Source: a virus
Lineage: Duplodnaviria; Caudoviricetes
IMG/VR virus record: IMGVR_UViG_3300020079_000007
Coordinates: 64,001 to 128,000 of that record
Length of the DNA: 64,000 bases
Reading direction: 5' to 3' (one strand)
The notes below the pieces were generated by a model. The model worked only from the letters and a program-made list of their open reading frames with translations. It did not search any database and had not been told where the DNA came from. The position numbers were made by a program, and so were the translations under genes. Shown here in pieces: positions 48,232 through 57,991 of the stretch (positions are counted from its first letter, which is position 1; each line of letters opens with the position of its first letter).

Positions 48232-48601
48232 TCTCTTCTCCACTTTCAAAAGGGTTTTCTGAAAAATACTTAAAAAAGACATCCCTTACTTCTTGTGTTT
48301 GTTGATAACCACTCCAAAGTGTTGCATCAACAGGCTGCCCAACCTGAGAAAGGTGTTCTCTGTATAAATCATTTATTTTTTCAAACCAAGCTTCAGAAAA
48401 AGCAATCACAACATCATAATAAGATCTTGGGTTTTTAAGAAATTGAAAAAAGTTGTATGTGTCGCTAATCGTTTCATAAAGAGGAACAAGGATTTCTTGA
48501 GCAAACGTATAAAATGGCTCATCGATGTTTTGAGAAAAATAAGAATAGAGTTTTGTCTTCAAGATTTCATTGATACCTGTAATCTTATTTCGTATATCCA
48601 T
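48218..48601 (-). CDS. Tandem paralogue family member 3
   Basis: FLKNPRSYYDVVIAF. Confidence 0.55.
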   Translation of the reverse strand: MDIRNKITGINEILKTKLYSYFSQNIDEPFYTFAQEILVPLYETISDTYNFFQFLKNPRSYYDVVIAFSEAWFEKINDLYREHLSQVGQPVDATLWSGYQQTQEVRDVFFKYFSENPFESGEENETA

Positions 48602-48977
48602 AAGTACTCCTATAAGTATCATCTTTATGATGCACATCAATAATTGTATAATGAAATTGCGCAATTTCATTATAATGAAATTGCAATTCATCATCAGTCA
48701 AGCCATTGATATACTCCTTATAAAAAGGCAACCAAACTTGTTCGTAATAAGCATCACAAACATCATAAAAAGAAACAACATTGTGCTTCCATTCATTTAT
48801 CTCTCTTGGGCTCTGAAGCAGTTCAAGGAACTCTTTCAAAGCTTCATATGTTTCTTTTATAAAATCTTCAGCATCACAAGCATCATAAAATCTAACGCAA
48901 GGACGGAGTGTTTTTATGAGGTCATTACGAAGCTTGTTTTCTACTGAAAAAATCGGTGTGTTTTTGAGCAATTGCAT
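48585..48977 (-). CDS. Tandem paralogue family member 2
   Basis: EWKHNVVSFYDVCDAYYEQVW. Confidence 0.6.
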   Translation of the reverse strand: MQLLKNTPIFSVENKLRNDLIKTLRPCVRFYDACDAEDFIKETYEALKEFLELLQSPREINEWKHNVVSFYDVCDAYYEQVWLPFYKEYINGLTDDELQFHYNEIAQFHYTIIDVHHKDDTYRSTYGYTK

Positions 48978-49341
48978 CTTTCTCAATCTCCTCAATTTTA
49001 TCAAGCTTTGTATCAAGCACATAATTGTAATGTACTTTCTTAAAAGTTTCTGTGAGCCAAATTTCCTCACGAGCTAAGTTGTGTTCATTTTTATATGGGA
49101 TCCAAACCTGTTCCCAATAAGCATTGCAAATGTCAAGAAAAGCTATCGGGTTTTTCCGCCATTCATCTAAGCAGTCCATATTATTAAAAAGATTAACAAG
49201 TTCTTGCAAATTGTCAAGTACTTCAACAACATCTTTATCAAGAACGTCTCTTTTATCACGATAGTTGAATACGCGGAACACACTTGAGATATGAACTTGA
49301 AGTTCGTAAAGTAAATGATATACTTCTTTCCATTCAATCAT
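48925..49341 (-). CDS. Tandem paralogue family member 1
   Basis: EWRKNPIAFLDICNAYWEQVW. Confidence 0.6.
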   Translation of the reverse strand: MIEWKEVYHLLYELQVHISSVFRVFNYRDKRDVLDKDVVEVLDNLQELVNLFNNMDCLDEWRKNPIAFLDICNAYWEQVWIPYKNEHNLAREEIWLTETFKKVHYNYVLDTKLDKIEEIEKDAIAQKHTDFFSRKQAS

Positions 49342-49402
49342 ATTCAACCTCAATGCAAAGGCCCGCACTCGAAGCACGGGCCTTCGTTACTACTTATGGA
49401 GA

Positions 49403-49762
49403 TTAAGCAGTTTCTACTGCTGCATCTTTCTTTGCTTTGTTGCGCTTTGTAGCAACTTTCTTTGCCTTAGGTTCTTTAGGCAGGTCGGAGAAGATGTCGA
49501 AAGTATCAACATTTACATCTCCAACGCGGCGGCGAACTGTGCGGGCGATTCCTTCAGCGTAAGTACCCATATCAGCATATTCTGACTTGCGGAAGCCTTT
49601 TACATAAGTTCCGTCAGCAGACCAAACAAAAGTCAGAATGTCGTCGTTGTCCTGTTTGTGAACTTCGATTTTTCCGCCATTTGGAAGATTTACAACTGCA
49701 TCAACATCTACGCGAGCAATCATCTTGCGTACCTTAGAAAATGTAAAATTGTGTTTTGCCAT
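49403..49762 (-). CDS. Early basic protein with Lys-rich tail
   Basis: Class-I promoter, GGAGG SD, terminator hairpin at about 49360-49382. Confidence 0.65.
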   Translation of the reverse strand: MAKHNFTFSKVRKMIARVDVDAVVNLPNGGKIEVHKQDNDDILTFVWSADGTYVKGFRKSEYADMGTYAEGIARTVRRRVGDVNVDTFDIFSDLPKEPKAKKVATKRNKAKKDAAVETA

Positions 49763-49953
49763 ATTTCTGCCTCCTGTTCTGTTTGAATTACAATAATAAT
49801 ATAAAAAGTTGACTGTAAAAGTTTAAATTTTTATATAAATTTATTCTTTTTTTCTCATATTTATTCCCTCCATTATAGTTCAAATTTTATTTTGACAGAA
49901 TTCAAGAAAATGTCAAAATATGCAGATTTAAGTGGTTTTTTGACTAAATACAA

Positions 49954-50526
49954 ATGATATACCAAAATACGGAGGATTATATAAAAAGACATATTGAAAG
50001 AGTCCGTAAACACCTTTTGACATTTATTCTACTCTTGCAAGTTCGTGCTCAACGCCACGACTATTCAAAGCTGCAAGAGCCTGAATTAAGTTGGTGGAAA
50101 AATATGGACAAGGAACCTCGTTATCCTTATGGGTCACCTCAATATGTCGAAAAAATGAGAAGATGGAAATATGTGTTTGACCATCACTATAAATACAATC
50201 GTCACCACCCAGAACACTTCGAGTTTGGTATTCAAGGAATGAACTTAGTCGACATTATTGAGATGCTTTGTGATTGGATTGGTTATAAAGATTACATATC
50301 AATTACTGAAGCAATCTCAACTGTTGAGCAACAAATGAAAAGATATGGCTTTTCAGATGACTTAAGTTACATTATCAAAAATACTTTAATTGATTACTTC
50401 TCAATTATGGGCGGCTTTCATAAAGGTGAAGTGGACCTCCCAGGCGGCTTAGTTGAAGAATTAGGTTATCATAGAGAAAAAGTTAAAGAGGTTGAAGATA
50501 TACATCATATCGACATCTTGGCTTAA
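49954..50526 (+). CDS. HD-like hypothetical protein (DUF5662-type)
   Basis: HDYSKL, HHYKYNRHHPEHF, DIIEMLCDW. Confidence 0.7.
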   Translation: MIYQNTEDYIKRHIERVRKHLLTFILLLQVRAQRHDYSKLQEPELSWWKNMDKEPRYPYGSPQYVEKMRRWKYVFDHHYKYNRHHPEHFEFGIQGMNLVDIIEMLCDWIGYKDYISITEAISTVEQQMKRYGFSDDLSYIIKNTLIDYFSIMGGFHKGEVDLPGGLVEELGYHREKVKEVEDIHHIDILA

Positions 50527-50855
50527 AACTAATTATAAAAGGAACCGACTATGGAAAAGAAGATGCTGACGATGAAGAAGATGCTGCAGTTGAAGTTCTT
50601 GAAGACGATTCTATAAACTTGGCAGAGATTATTAAAATTAAATTGACCCTGAGTTTAAGTCTTATATGGAAAAGTTTGCTGAAGCAGTAGATAAGACATC
50701 AGACTACTGGGAATCAGAAGAATTCAACGATGAACAATATAAGGTTGACTTCAACTAAATAACTTTCTCGAAAACAGCATTATATACGCAAGGGATTTCG
50801 TAAGAGGTCCCTTGTATGGTTTTAAACAGACTAACTAATAATACGAGGTATTTTA

Positions 50856-53800
50856 ATGGGCGCTATAGGTGTTGTAGGCGGACAAGGCGGCTTATCTCCA
50901 GAAGATTCAAATAGTTTAGAAAATCTCTCAACAAACAGCAAAGGCTTTCTTGATGGTATCAATGAGTCAAAATCAATTGCTCAGAAACAACTTAATTATG
51001 TTTCTGACATTGCAGTTGATGTAGGTACTAAAGGTTGGTTTGCTGAAACATTAGGAAAACTCGTAGACAACTTTGAAGAAAATACTGTAAAAGAAGATGA
51101 AGGCAGAACACTCTCTGAAGAGATTAAAGACATATTATCTGATATGAAAATCTTTGAAGAGACAACAAACATAGATAATAAAGAAAAGAAAAAGAAAAGA
51201 GGTAAAGTTTCAGATAGGACAAAGCTTGATGATTTGAAATCTTTGCCATACGAATTCGCAACACTCGGTGCTGTATTGGTAAATGCTCTTACAAATAAAG
51301 ATGAAAAGAAAGACAAGAAAGGCGGCATCTCAGGATTCTTCAAAGGTCTTCTTGAAGGTGTCGGTGGAATTGCTGCTCTCGGTGTTGCTTTGTTTGCATT
51401 TGCAGGTGCAACTTTAATATTCAATTTCGTTGACTGGGGTAAAGCAGTTATTGGTATGCTTGCCTTCACAGTATTTACAATCGGTATGGTTGCATTAGCT
51501 AAAAACTTAAGTGAAGAACAAAAAGATTTAACGAAGTTCGTAGAGTCATCTCTTATAATGTCAGCTGCATTAGGAGCATTTGCTATTTCACTTTACATTG
51601 CAAGTTTCTTAATGTCAGGTAAGCCTGTTTATATTGGTGATATTGAATTACCTGCATTCAGCATCGGTGGTGCGATTGCCGCATTGGTTTCTTTTGGTTT
51701 ATTTGAACTTGGAATGGTTGGCCTTGCAAAACTTATGGGCGGCAGTGAAGCTGACTTTATGAAGTTTGCAGCAGGCTCTATGATAATGACAGCTGCATTG
51801 GTTACATTCAGCATAGGTTTAGTTATTGCATCAAACATTTTCGCAAATGGTATCAACTTAGGTGGATTTGCAAAATATATAAATGGCGGAGCAGACAACA
51901 CTGTATTAAAGGTTGACCCAATAGGAGCTATAGCTGCAATCGGAACATTTATTGCATTTGAGGCAGGTCTTGGTCTTGTTGCAAGAATTATGGGAAGCTC
52001 AACTGGCGACTTTAGAAAGTTTGCAGCAGGTTCAATCATTATGTCTGGTGCATTAGTTGCATTTGCCATTTCATTAGTTGTTGTTTCACATCTCTTTACT
52101 AATGGTGTAAACATCGACAGTTTGAACATACATCTTGACCCAGTTGACCCTAAGATGGCTCTTCTTGGCGTAGGTACATTTATCGCATTTATGATTGCAA
52201 TGGCTGTCTTAGGGGCGGCATCTCAGTCAATACTTCAGTATATGGCAATTCTTGGTGCAGTATCAATGCTTATGTCTGTTTCATTGATACTATTTGCAGG
52301 TGCTATGGCAGTTGTTGCTTCTGTTGTATCAGGTGAATCACTTGAAGTAGCAGGCATTAAGTTCCAGCCTCCTCAGGGCGTTGTAAAGAATGCATTTATT
52401 GGTTTGGCAGCTATGGCAGGATTTATGGTTGCATTTGCAGGCTTAGGAGCATTGTTCTTAGTTCCGTTTGCTGGAGCTGCTTTGGCTGCAGGTATTGCAA
52501 TCGCTTCTGGTATTTTAATTTCTATTGCAGCTGCAACTGTTTTAATGTCAAAAGCAATGATGTTGGCAGGCTTGGCAATTACTGGTGGTACTGCTGAAAT
52601 TGCTGGTGAAAAATATAATCTTGCTCCTTATAATGAAGCAAATGTTGATAAGTTCTTTAGTGCAATGGAGCACTTCATTGACAGATTTAAAGATATGGGT
52701 GACGGACTTAGCAAAAAGTCGGTAAAAGCAATCAAAATGGTTAATGATGCTGTTATGCCTATTATCAAGTCAATGGACAAAATGGTTGATGTTGTTATTA
52801 AAGCGGGTGAAAATTACGATAACATTATAAAGATTGTAAATGGTGACTCAAACGCTCTTGACCACTTAATGGACCCAGTTATGTATGTAATCTTGGGCCA
52901 TAAGCTTGATGGTGAAGGCGGTTTAATGTATGTTGCAAACAATATGAGCAAGTACAGTGCAAAGGTTCTTAAACTTGTTGGTGAAGCACTTGTGCCTATC
53001 ACTGATGCTATGCTCAATATGATTGATGTTGTTATCAAAGCTGCTGACAATAAGCAAAAGATTGAAGATATAATGTCATCTCAGGGCGGAATGGATATGC
53101 TTGACCATTTGATGGACCCTGTTCTTTGGATGATTCTTGGTCATAATATGGACGGCTTAGGCGGCTTGATGTATGTTGCAACTTATATGAGTTCTTGGAG
53201 TGCAAAAACATTAAAGCTCGTAATTGAGTCTATGGTTCCTCTTACTGAGGCAATGAGCAATATGATTGACATTGTCTTAAAGGCTGCAACACTTTCAGCA
53301 GAAGGTATGACAACAGAGGAACTTGTTGCTCTTGCAATGGACAACCTTAATTTGATTATGGTAGGAAACGGCACAATTGCAGGTTTCCTTCCAATGTTTG
53401 TTGCTACTGCAAGTAAATTAGACGATACATCAAAAGATGCGATAGAAGCAATCAACTCAATGCCACCTATGGTACAAGCTCTTGGTGATATAATTGGTGT
53501 TGTTGCAAAAGCAGGTGAACTTGACCCAGCAAAAATTGATGCAGGTATTTATGGTTTGACTGCAGCATCAAACTTCTTGAAAACATTCATTAAAACAATC
53601 GCTGATATTATCCCAGGCGGAGTCGGTGGCTTCTTTACAAGTATGTTTGAAGGCGACCCTCTTGAAAAAGTTAAAGATGCTCACAAGTATTTACAGCCGG
53701 GCGGTATCTTCTATAACATCTTTGAAGATTTGGCAAATATCGCAAAAAACTTTGATGGAAAAGGTTTTGAAAATCTTGGTAAAGTATCAATCGTAGGTTC

Positions 53801-54281
53801 ATTTACAACTGATATGCTTAAAGGTTCTGATAACTTCAAGGACATAATGAAGAATATCCAAAAAGGTATTGATAATCTTTCAAAGCCTCAGTCTATGACA
53901 ACTGTTGCAAATGCTCTTGAGACTATTTCAAACGCAGGTGACATCAGCCATAAGTTTGACCCAATCTATGAACTTATTGAAAAGTCGGTAAGTATTCACT
54001 CAACCGCTCAAGATCTTGAAAGTATTGCTAATTCATATAACAAGATCGCCGCTGCAGAAAAGATTGGCGATATGAGTTCAAGATTTAAAGGTGTATTTGG
54101 CATTAAGAGTTCAACACCTACAACAGCAGCTGCTCCTGCTGCTGCAGCCGATAATATGAACAGAGGAATGTCTGTTGAAGAGATACTTAACGATTGGTAT
54201 AAGAACGGCGTTAAGATTAAACAGAATCTTGAAAATGTAAAAGAAGAACCTAAACCTGTTAATCTTTTAAGCATCGACTAA
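50856..54281 (+). CDS. Putative tape measure protein
   Basis: 1141 aa, Ala/Gly-rich hydrophobic repeats, directly upstream of baseplate-like genes. Confidence 0.6.
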   Translation: MGAIGVVGGQGGLSPEDSNSLENLSTNSKGFLDGINESKSIAQKQLNYVSDIAVDVGTKGWFAETLGKLVDNFEENTVKEDEGRTLSEEIKDILSDMKIFEETTNIDNKEKKKKRGKVSDRTKLDDLKSLPYEFATLGAVLVNALTNKDEKKDKKGGISGFFKGLLEGVGGIAALGVALFAFAGATLIFNFVDWGKAVIGMLAFTVFTIGMVALAKNLSEEQKDLTKFVESSLIMSAALGAFAISLYIASFLMSGKPVYIGDIELPAFSIGGAIAALVSFGLFELGMVGLAKLMGGSEADFMKFAAGSMIMTAALVTFSIGLVIASNIFANGINLGGFAKYINGGADNTVLKVDPIGAIAAIGTFIAFEAGLGLVARIMGSSTGDFRKFAAGSIIMSGALVAFAISLVVVSHLFTNGVNIDSLNIHLDPVDPKMALLGVGTFIAFMIAMAVLGAASQSILQYMAILGAVSMLMSVSLILFAGAMAVVASVVSGESLEVAGIKFQPPQGVVKNAFIGLAAMAGFMVAFAGLGALFLVPFAGAALAAGIAIASGILISIAAATVLMSKAMMLAGLAITGGTAEIAGEKYNLAPYNEANVDKFFSAMEHFIDRFKDMGDGLSKKSVKAIKMVNDAVMPIIKSMDKMVDVVIKAGENYDNIIKIVNGDSNALDHLMDPVMYVILGHKLDGEGGLMYVANNMSKYSAKVLKLVGEALVPITDAMLNMIDVVIKAADNKQKIEDIMSSQGGMDMLDHLMDPVLWMILGHNMDGLGGLMYVATYMSSWSAKTLKLVIESMVPLTEAMSNMIDIVLKAATLSAEGMTTEELVALAMDNLNLIMVGNGTIAGFLPMFVATASKLDDTSKDAIEAINSMPPMVQALGDIIGVVAKAGELDPAKIDAGIYGLTAASNFLKTFIKTIADIIPGGVGGFFTSMFEGDPLEKVKDAHKYLQPGGIFYNIFEDLANIAKNFDGKGFENLGKVSIVGSFTTDMLKGSDNFKDIMKNIQKGIDNLSKPQSMTTVANALETISNAGDISHKFDPIYELIEKSVSIHSTAQDLESIANSYNKIAAAEKIGDMSSRFKGVFGIKSSTPTTAAAPAAAADNMNRGMSVEEILNDWYKNGVKIKQNLENVKEEPKPVNLLSID

Positions 54282-54293
54282 TAAGAGGATATA

Positions 54294-55265
54294 ATGGCAA
54301 ACGATAAATTTGATAGAAGACAAACAAGCAGTGAAACATTCTTAGAGAATAAAGAAAATCCTGTTCCTCTTAGACTCGTAGGTCCTTATGGAAAAGTTCC
54401 TAATTGGAAATGTATCGACTTTTGGATGGGAGGATTTGAAGGCAAAAATCCAGTAGGAACTGATGCTCTTGCTAAAAGACAGAATTGGCGCAATAACAAG
54501 TATGGCAATATTGATTTCTCAAATCACCCTGTAAATGATAATATATTACTTATACCTGAAAGAATGACGCTTGAGGTTTCAGGTGGACAAAGTCTTACTG
54601 ATGTAAACGAATCATTAGGTAAAAGTGATGACTTCTTGGCAATCTTGTCTGAAGCTACTGCAATTATTACAGGTTCAATGTCTGTTCCTCAATGGAAGCC
54701 TAAAGTTCTTGAAGGCCTTAATCCTCTTAAACTTGCACAGGGATTTAAATTTAATTTTCACTATGGCGCAGGCGGACTTTATGATGCTTTTGAAGAAGTA
54801 GTTAAACCTATATATGCTCTTGTAGGTTTCTTTGGTGTTAAAACGAAAAACGGAGCAGCAAGCCCCATTATATCAACAAGTGATCTTCCATACCCTACAA
54901 AAGGCTTGTTTATGTTTAATAAATTGAAGGGAGCAGTATCGGGTGTTTCTGATTTATTGAAAAATGGGTTGGAAGGAAAGTCTGGAGCAGAGAAGCTTGC
55001 AGACGCAAATGCAAAACTTCAAGCTGCTTTGGCAAGTGGCGCTCTTGGAATCGCATCAAGCTCAAGATACCACAACTTATGGATTTCTTGGGGTCGTTTT
55101 ACACTTGGTCCCTTTCAATATTCAGAGATTAAGTATTCTTTTGATATGAGTATGTTCGACTCAAATGGTTGGCCAATGAACGGCACTTTTGAAATAAACG
55201 GTTTGGAATCTATGCGTGTATCTTCTTCAAGCGCAATGGTTTCACCTGTTATTGTAGGAGCTTAA
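54294..55265 (+). CDS. Putative baseplate/tube-initiator protein
   Basis: Position after the tape measure; FDSNGWPMNGTFEI. Confidence 0.45.
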   Translation: MANDKFDRRQTSSETFLENKENPVPLRLVGPYGKVPNWKCIDFWMGGFEGKNPVGTDALAKRQNWRNNKYGNIDFSNHPVNDNILLIPERMTLEVSGGQSLTDVNESLGKSDDFLAILSEATAIITGSMSVPQWKPKVLEGLNPLKLAQGFKFNFHYGAGGLYDAFEEVVKPIYALVGFFGVKTKNGAASPIISTSDLPYPTKGLFMFNKLKGAVSGVSDLLKNGLEGKSGAEKLADANAKLQAALASGALGIASSSRYHNLWISWGRFTLGPFQYSEIKYSFDMSMFDSNGWPMNGTFEINGLESMRVSSSSAMVSPVIVGA

Positions 55266-55267
55266 AA

Positions 55268-55594
55268 ATGAAAAGTAGATACGACTATTATGAAAGTTCT
55301 CAACAAACTGATGTTGATGGTGAACAGTGGCCTGATCCACTTTCAGTATCTTTCAATGATGTTCAAATGACAAAAGCACCTACGCTCGTTCAAATCACAG
55401 ATGCTGATATTACAAAATTTTGGCTTTTTATGAAAGATCATTATGGTTTACAAGAGATGGACGACATCTTACTAAATTTAAACGCCATTCCGTTTTTAGG
55501 AATGGAACGCCCAGGTGATAAGATATATCTTGTTGACATCAATGATATGGACAAATTCAATACACAGAAGTTGGGCGAGTCGGAGGATTACTAA
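55268..55594 (+). CDS. Baseplate wedge protein, gp53/LysM-like
   Basis: SRY...HYG...DILLNLNAI...PGDKIYL. Confidence 0.55.
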   Translation: MKSRYDYYESSQQTDVDGEQWPDPLSVSFNDVQMTKAPTLVQITDADITKFWLFMKDHYGLQEMDDILLNLNAIPFLGMERPGDKIYLVDINDMDKFNTQKLGESEDY

Positions 55595-56925
55595 TGGCTA
55601 AGAAAGCCCCAAACATTGAACTCCCAGAACTTAATGTTCGCTTAGGAGAATTTAATATATTAGGTTCAGACGCATATCGTTCTTTTGACTTTATTGCAGA
55701 TGAAAATGCGTTTTTACCAAGATGTGTTATCCGTTTGAGTGATAAAGGCGGAGATGTATTCCGTTCATTTTTGAACTTAAGTATTGGAACAAAAGTTGAA
55801 GTAACAATAACAGAAGGCTCAGACACAAAGGAAAGAAAAAGTGGCTCAAAAGATAATTACAGTATGAACTTGACCAATCTTGCCATAGGAGCAGTATATT
55901 CAAACAGTAAAGTTCTTGGCTTCGGTGATGGCGGACTTGAAATTCTTTGTGAACATCCTTGGTCTATTGCTCAAGATTTTAGTCCTCACGCATACGCAGG
56001 TAAATCAAATTCAGAAATCATTAAGTCTTTAGTTCAAAACACTTCATCAAGAGGTTTTGGTTTTGAAAAAATTGATAGGGAAATCTTTCAATCAACAGAT
56101 GAAGACGGCACAACACCAAGATACAACTGCGGTGAAGGTGACCTCAACTTTATTGTAAACAAATTACTTCCTTACACAACAGTAAACAACAACCCAGCTG
56201 TGTTCTTTGTTGATGATAAAAATAATGTTCACCTTGAGTCATTTCAGTCAATGTTTTCAAGAGACGCAAAGTTGTTAGTTATCGGTGGTAATGAAGAAGA
56301 CGTTGATGATGAAATAAGAGCAAAAGCAAAGTCTTTGGGTGGTCTTGCTATAAGTTCTAATCTTCTTGCAAAAATTGGCGATAAAAGACCTGATAAGTTT
56401 ACAAAAATACTTAAAAGAGAAATCGCAATGGATGATTGTTCCGCTTTATTGACGTACACAGGTAAATTACTTCCTAAAGTTGCAATCGCAAAACATTCAC
56501 AAGGTAAATCATCAAAAGGCTACATCCCTGTAAACTTTGGAAGAATGATAACATCTGATGCTACTGATAAAGTTTATTATACAAATCATATGTATAATGA
56601 CCTTAAAGCTGCGGCGCTTAATGAACAAAAAGATTTTAATTCTTTATTCAAAATTGATATTGATGTTTCATTCTGTGGTCATTTGGTTTCAGTAGGTGAC
56701 AATGTTGAAATAAAAATCCCAGTATCAAAAGATGAAGATAATGAAACAGTAAATCACTGGATGGATGGTAAGTGGCACATTAAAGCAATCAAATATAAAT
56801 GGGACCCATCATCAGGAGTCCCAGGAATGACGCTTACATTAACGAGACCTTCATTCGTATTCAACTCGACTACAACAATCGCAAATCGTGATGAGTTTTA
56901 CGGTGTAGGTATGACAATAATTTAA
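55594..56925 (+). CDS. Baseplate hub protein (gp27/gpD-like)
   Basis: SNSEIIKSL, VGDNVEI, MDGKWHIKAIKY...LTLTR. Confidence 0.6.
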   Translation: MAKKAPNIELPELNVRLGEFNILGSDAYRSFDFIADENAFLPRCVIRLSDKGGDVFRSFLNLSIGTKVEVTITEGSDTKERKSGSKDNYSMNLTNLAIGAVYSNSKVLGFGDGGLEILCEHPWSIAQDFSPHAYAGKSNSEIIKSLVQNTSSRGFGFEKIDREIFQSTDEDGTTPRYNCGEGDLNFIVNKLLPYTTVNNNPAVFFVDDKNNVHLESFQSMFSRDAKLLVIGGNEEDVDDEIRAKAKSLGGLAISSNLLAKIGDKRPDKFTKILKREIAMDDCSALLTYTGKLLPKVAIAKHSQGKSSKGYIPVNFGRMITSDATDKVYYTNHMYNDLKAAALNEQKDFNSLFKIDIDVSFCGHLVSVGDNVEIKIPVSKDEDNETVNHWMDGKWHIKAIKYKWDPSSGVPGMTLTLTRPSFVFNSTTTIANRDEFYGVGMTII

Positions 56926-56934
56926 GAGGTTGAT

Positions 56935-57669
56935 ATGATTGAAGCACATAAGTTTGATGGGAGCTTAAAACTTTACAGAGCAAATATCTACGCAAATGTT
57001 AAAAAAGGTGATGACCGTTTACAAGTAAGAATTATGCCTTATATGGCAGGCATCACAGGAGAAGACGAAGCAAACTTACCTAAATATCCGCCTCTTTACA
57101 AAGGCCACGTAATTCGTGGGTATGCTGAAACAGACTCACAATCAAATGGTGGCAAAGTTACTTCAATCTTTGTGCTTGCTAACGATGACTTTACCGTAGG
57201 ATATTGTCTTGACCCAATAAATGAATTCAATGGAGCTCTTAAAGGTGCACTTAAAACATCTTGGAACTATCAAGAGACGAAATCAGTTTTGCAAAGATGT
57301 GGCTTTATGCCTCAAGAGTTTACTTATGAAAACATTACTTGTGATATGAATGAAAATGGTTCACTTATTGAACTTGGAGCTTATAATCAACCATTCAAAA
57401 TTATTATGACTTCAACAGGTGATGTTATTGGAGTGATGGCCCATCGTTGTTTCTTGATGGCTCGTTCAGGTCCAAAGTCAGGTACTGACTCTTCATATAT
57501 TGATATAAGACCAACGAGAGTTGAAATCAAATCAAAGGTTGTAGACTTGTCAAAATCAGATGCAGTTATTTTGGGTCATCGTGGTATGAATCTTGTTGGA
57601 ACATTTGCTGAAAGTGCAGTTCCTTGTGAGGGTGTTAATCTTGCGCCGTGTAAAACAATCAAAGTCTAA
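56935..57669 (+). CDS. Baseplate spike protein (gp5/gpV OB-fold-like)
   Basis: LYRA...DRLQVRIMP; follows the hub gene. Confidence 0.5.
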   Translation: MIEAHKFDGSLKLYRANIYANVKKGDDRLQVRIMPYMAGITGEDEANLPKYPPLYKGHVIRGYAETDSQSNGGKVTSIFVLANDDFTVGYCLDPINEFNGALKGALKTSWNYQETKSVLQRCGFMPQEFTYENITCDMNENGSLIELGAYNQPFKIIMTSTGDVIGVMAHRCFLMARSGPKSGTDSSYIDIRPTRVEIKSKVVDLSKSDAVILGHRGMNLVGTFAESAVPCEGVNLAPCKTIKV

Positions 57670-57694
57670 AAAGAAACAAACTGCTACAGCAAAA

Positions 57695-57991
57695 ATGAAA
57701 GAAGAGTTTCGTATGACACCTGAGTGGTGGGCAATGCGAAAAGAATTGATTGCTGAGCAAAAGAAAGACCCAGTTACAAATGCTAAACTTTCTCCTAAGG
57801 CAAACTGCCATCATCTTGACCAAAGAGATGAGAACTACACAAGCACCGATAAAAGACGGTACATTATGTTGCAACCTCTCACCCACAAGATGACTCATTT
57901 CCTTTACCGCTTGTATAAAAAACAAGGAGAGCATCTTTTCGACACTCTCCGTAACATTTTCAAATTGATGGATAAATATTCAAATGATTAG
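57695..57991 (+). CDS. Small HNH-like endonuclease
   Basis: TPEWWAMRK...NCHHLD...LTHKMTH. Confidence 0.55.
   Translation: MKEEFRMTPEWWAMRKELIAEQKKDPVTNAKLSPKANCHHLDQRDENYTSTDKRRYIMLQPLTHKMTHFLYRLYKKQGEHLFDTLRNIFKLMDKYSND

Noticed and set aside
50996-54274. Antisense ORFs opposite the tape measure, TopIB, portal and other genes
   Set aside because: Explained by codon bias on the coding strand; no SD or recognisable motifs
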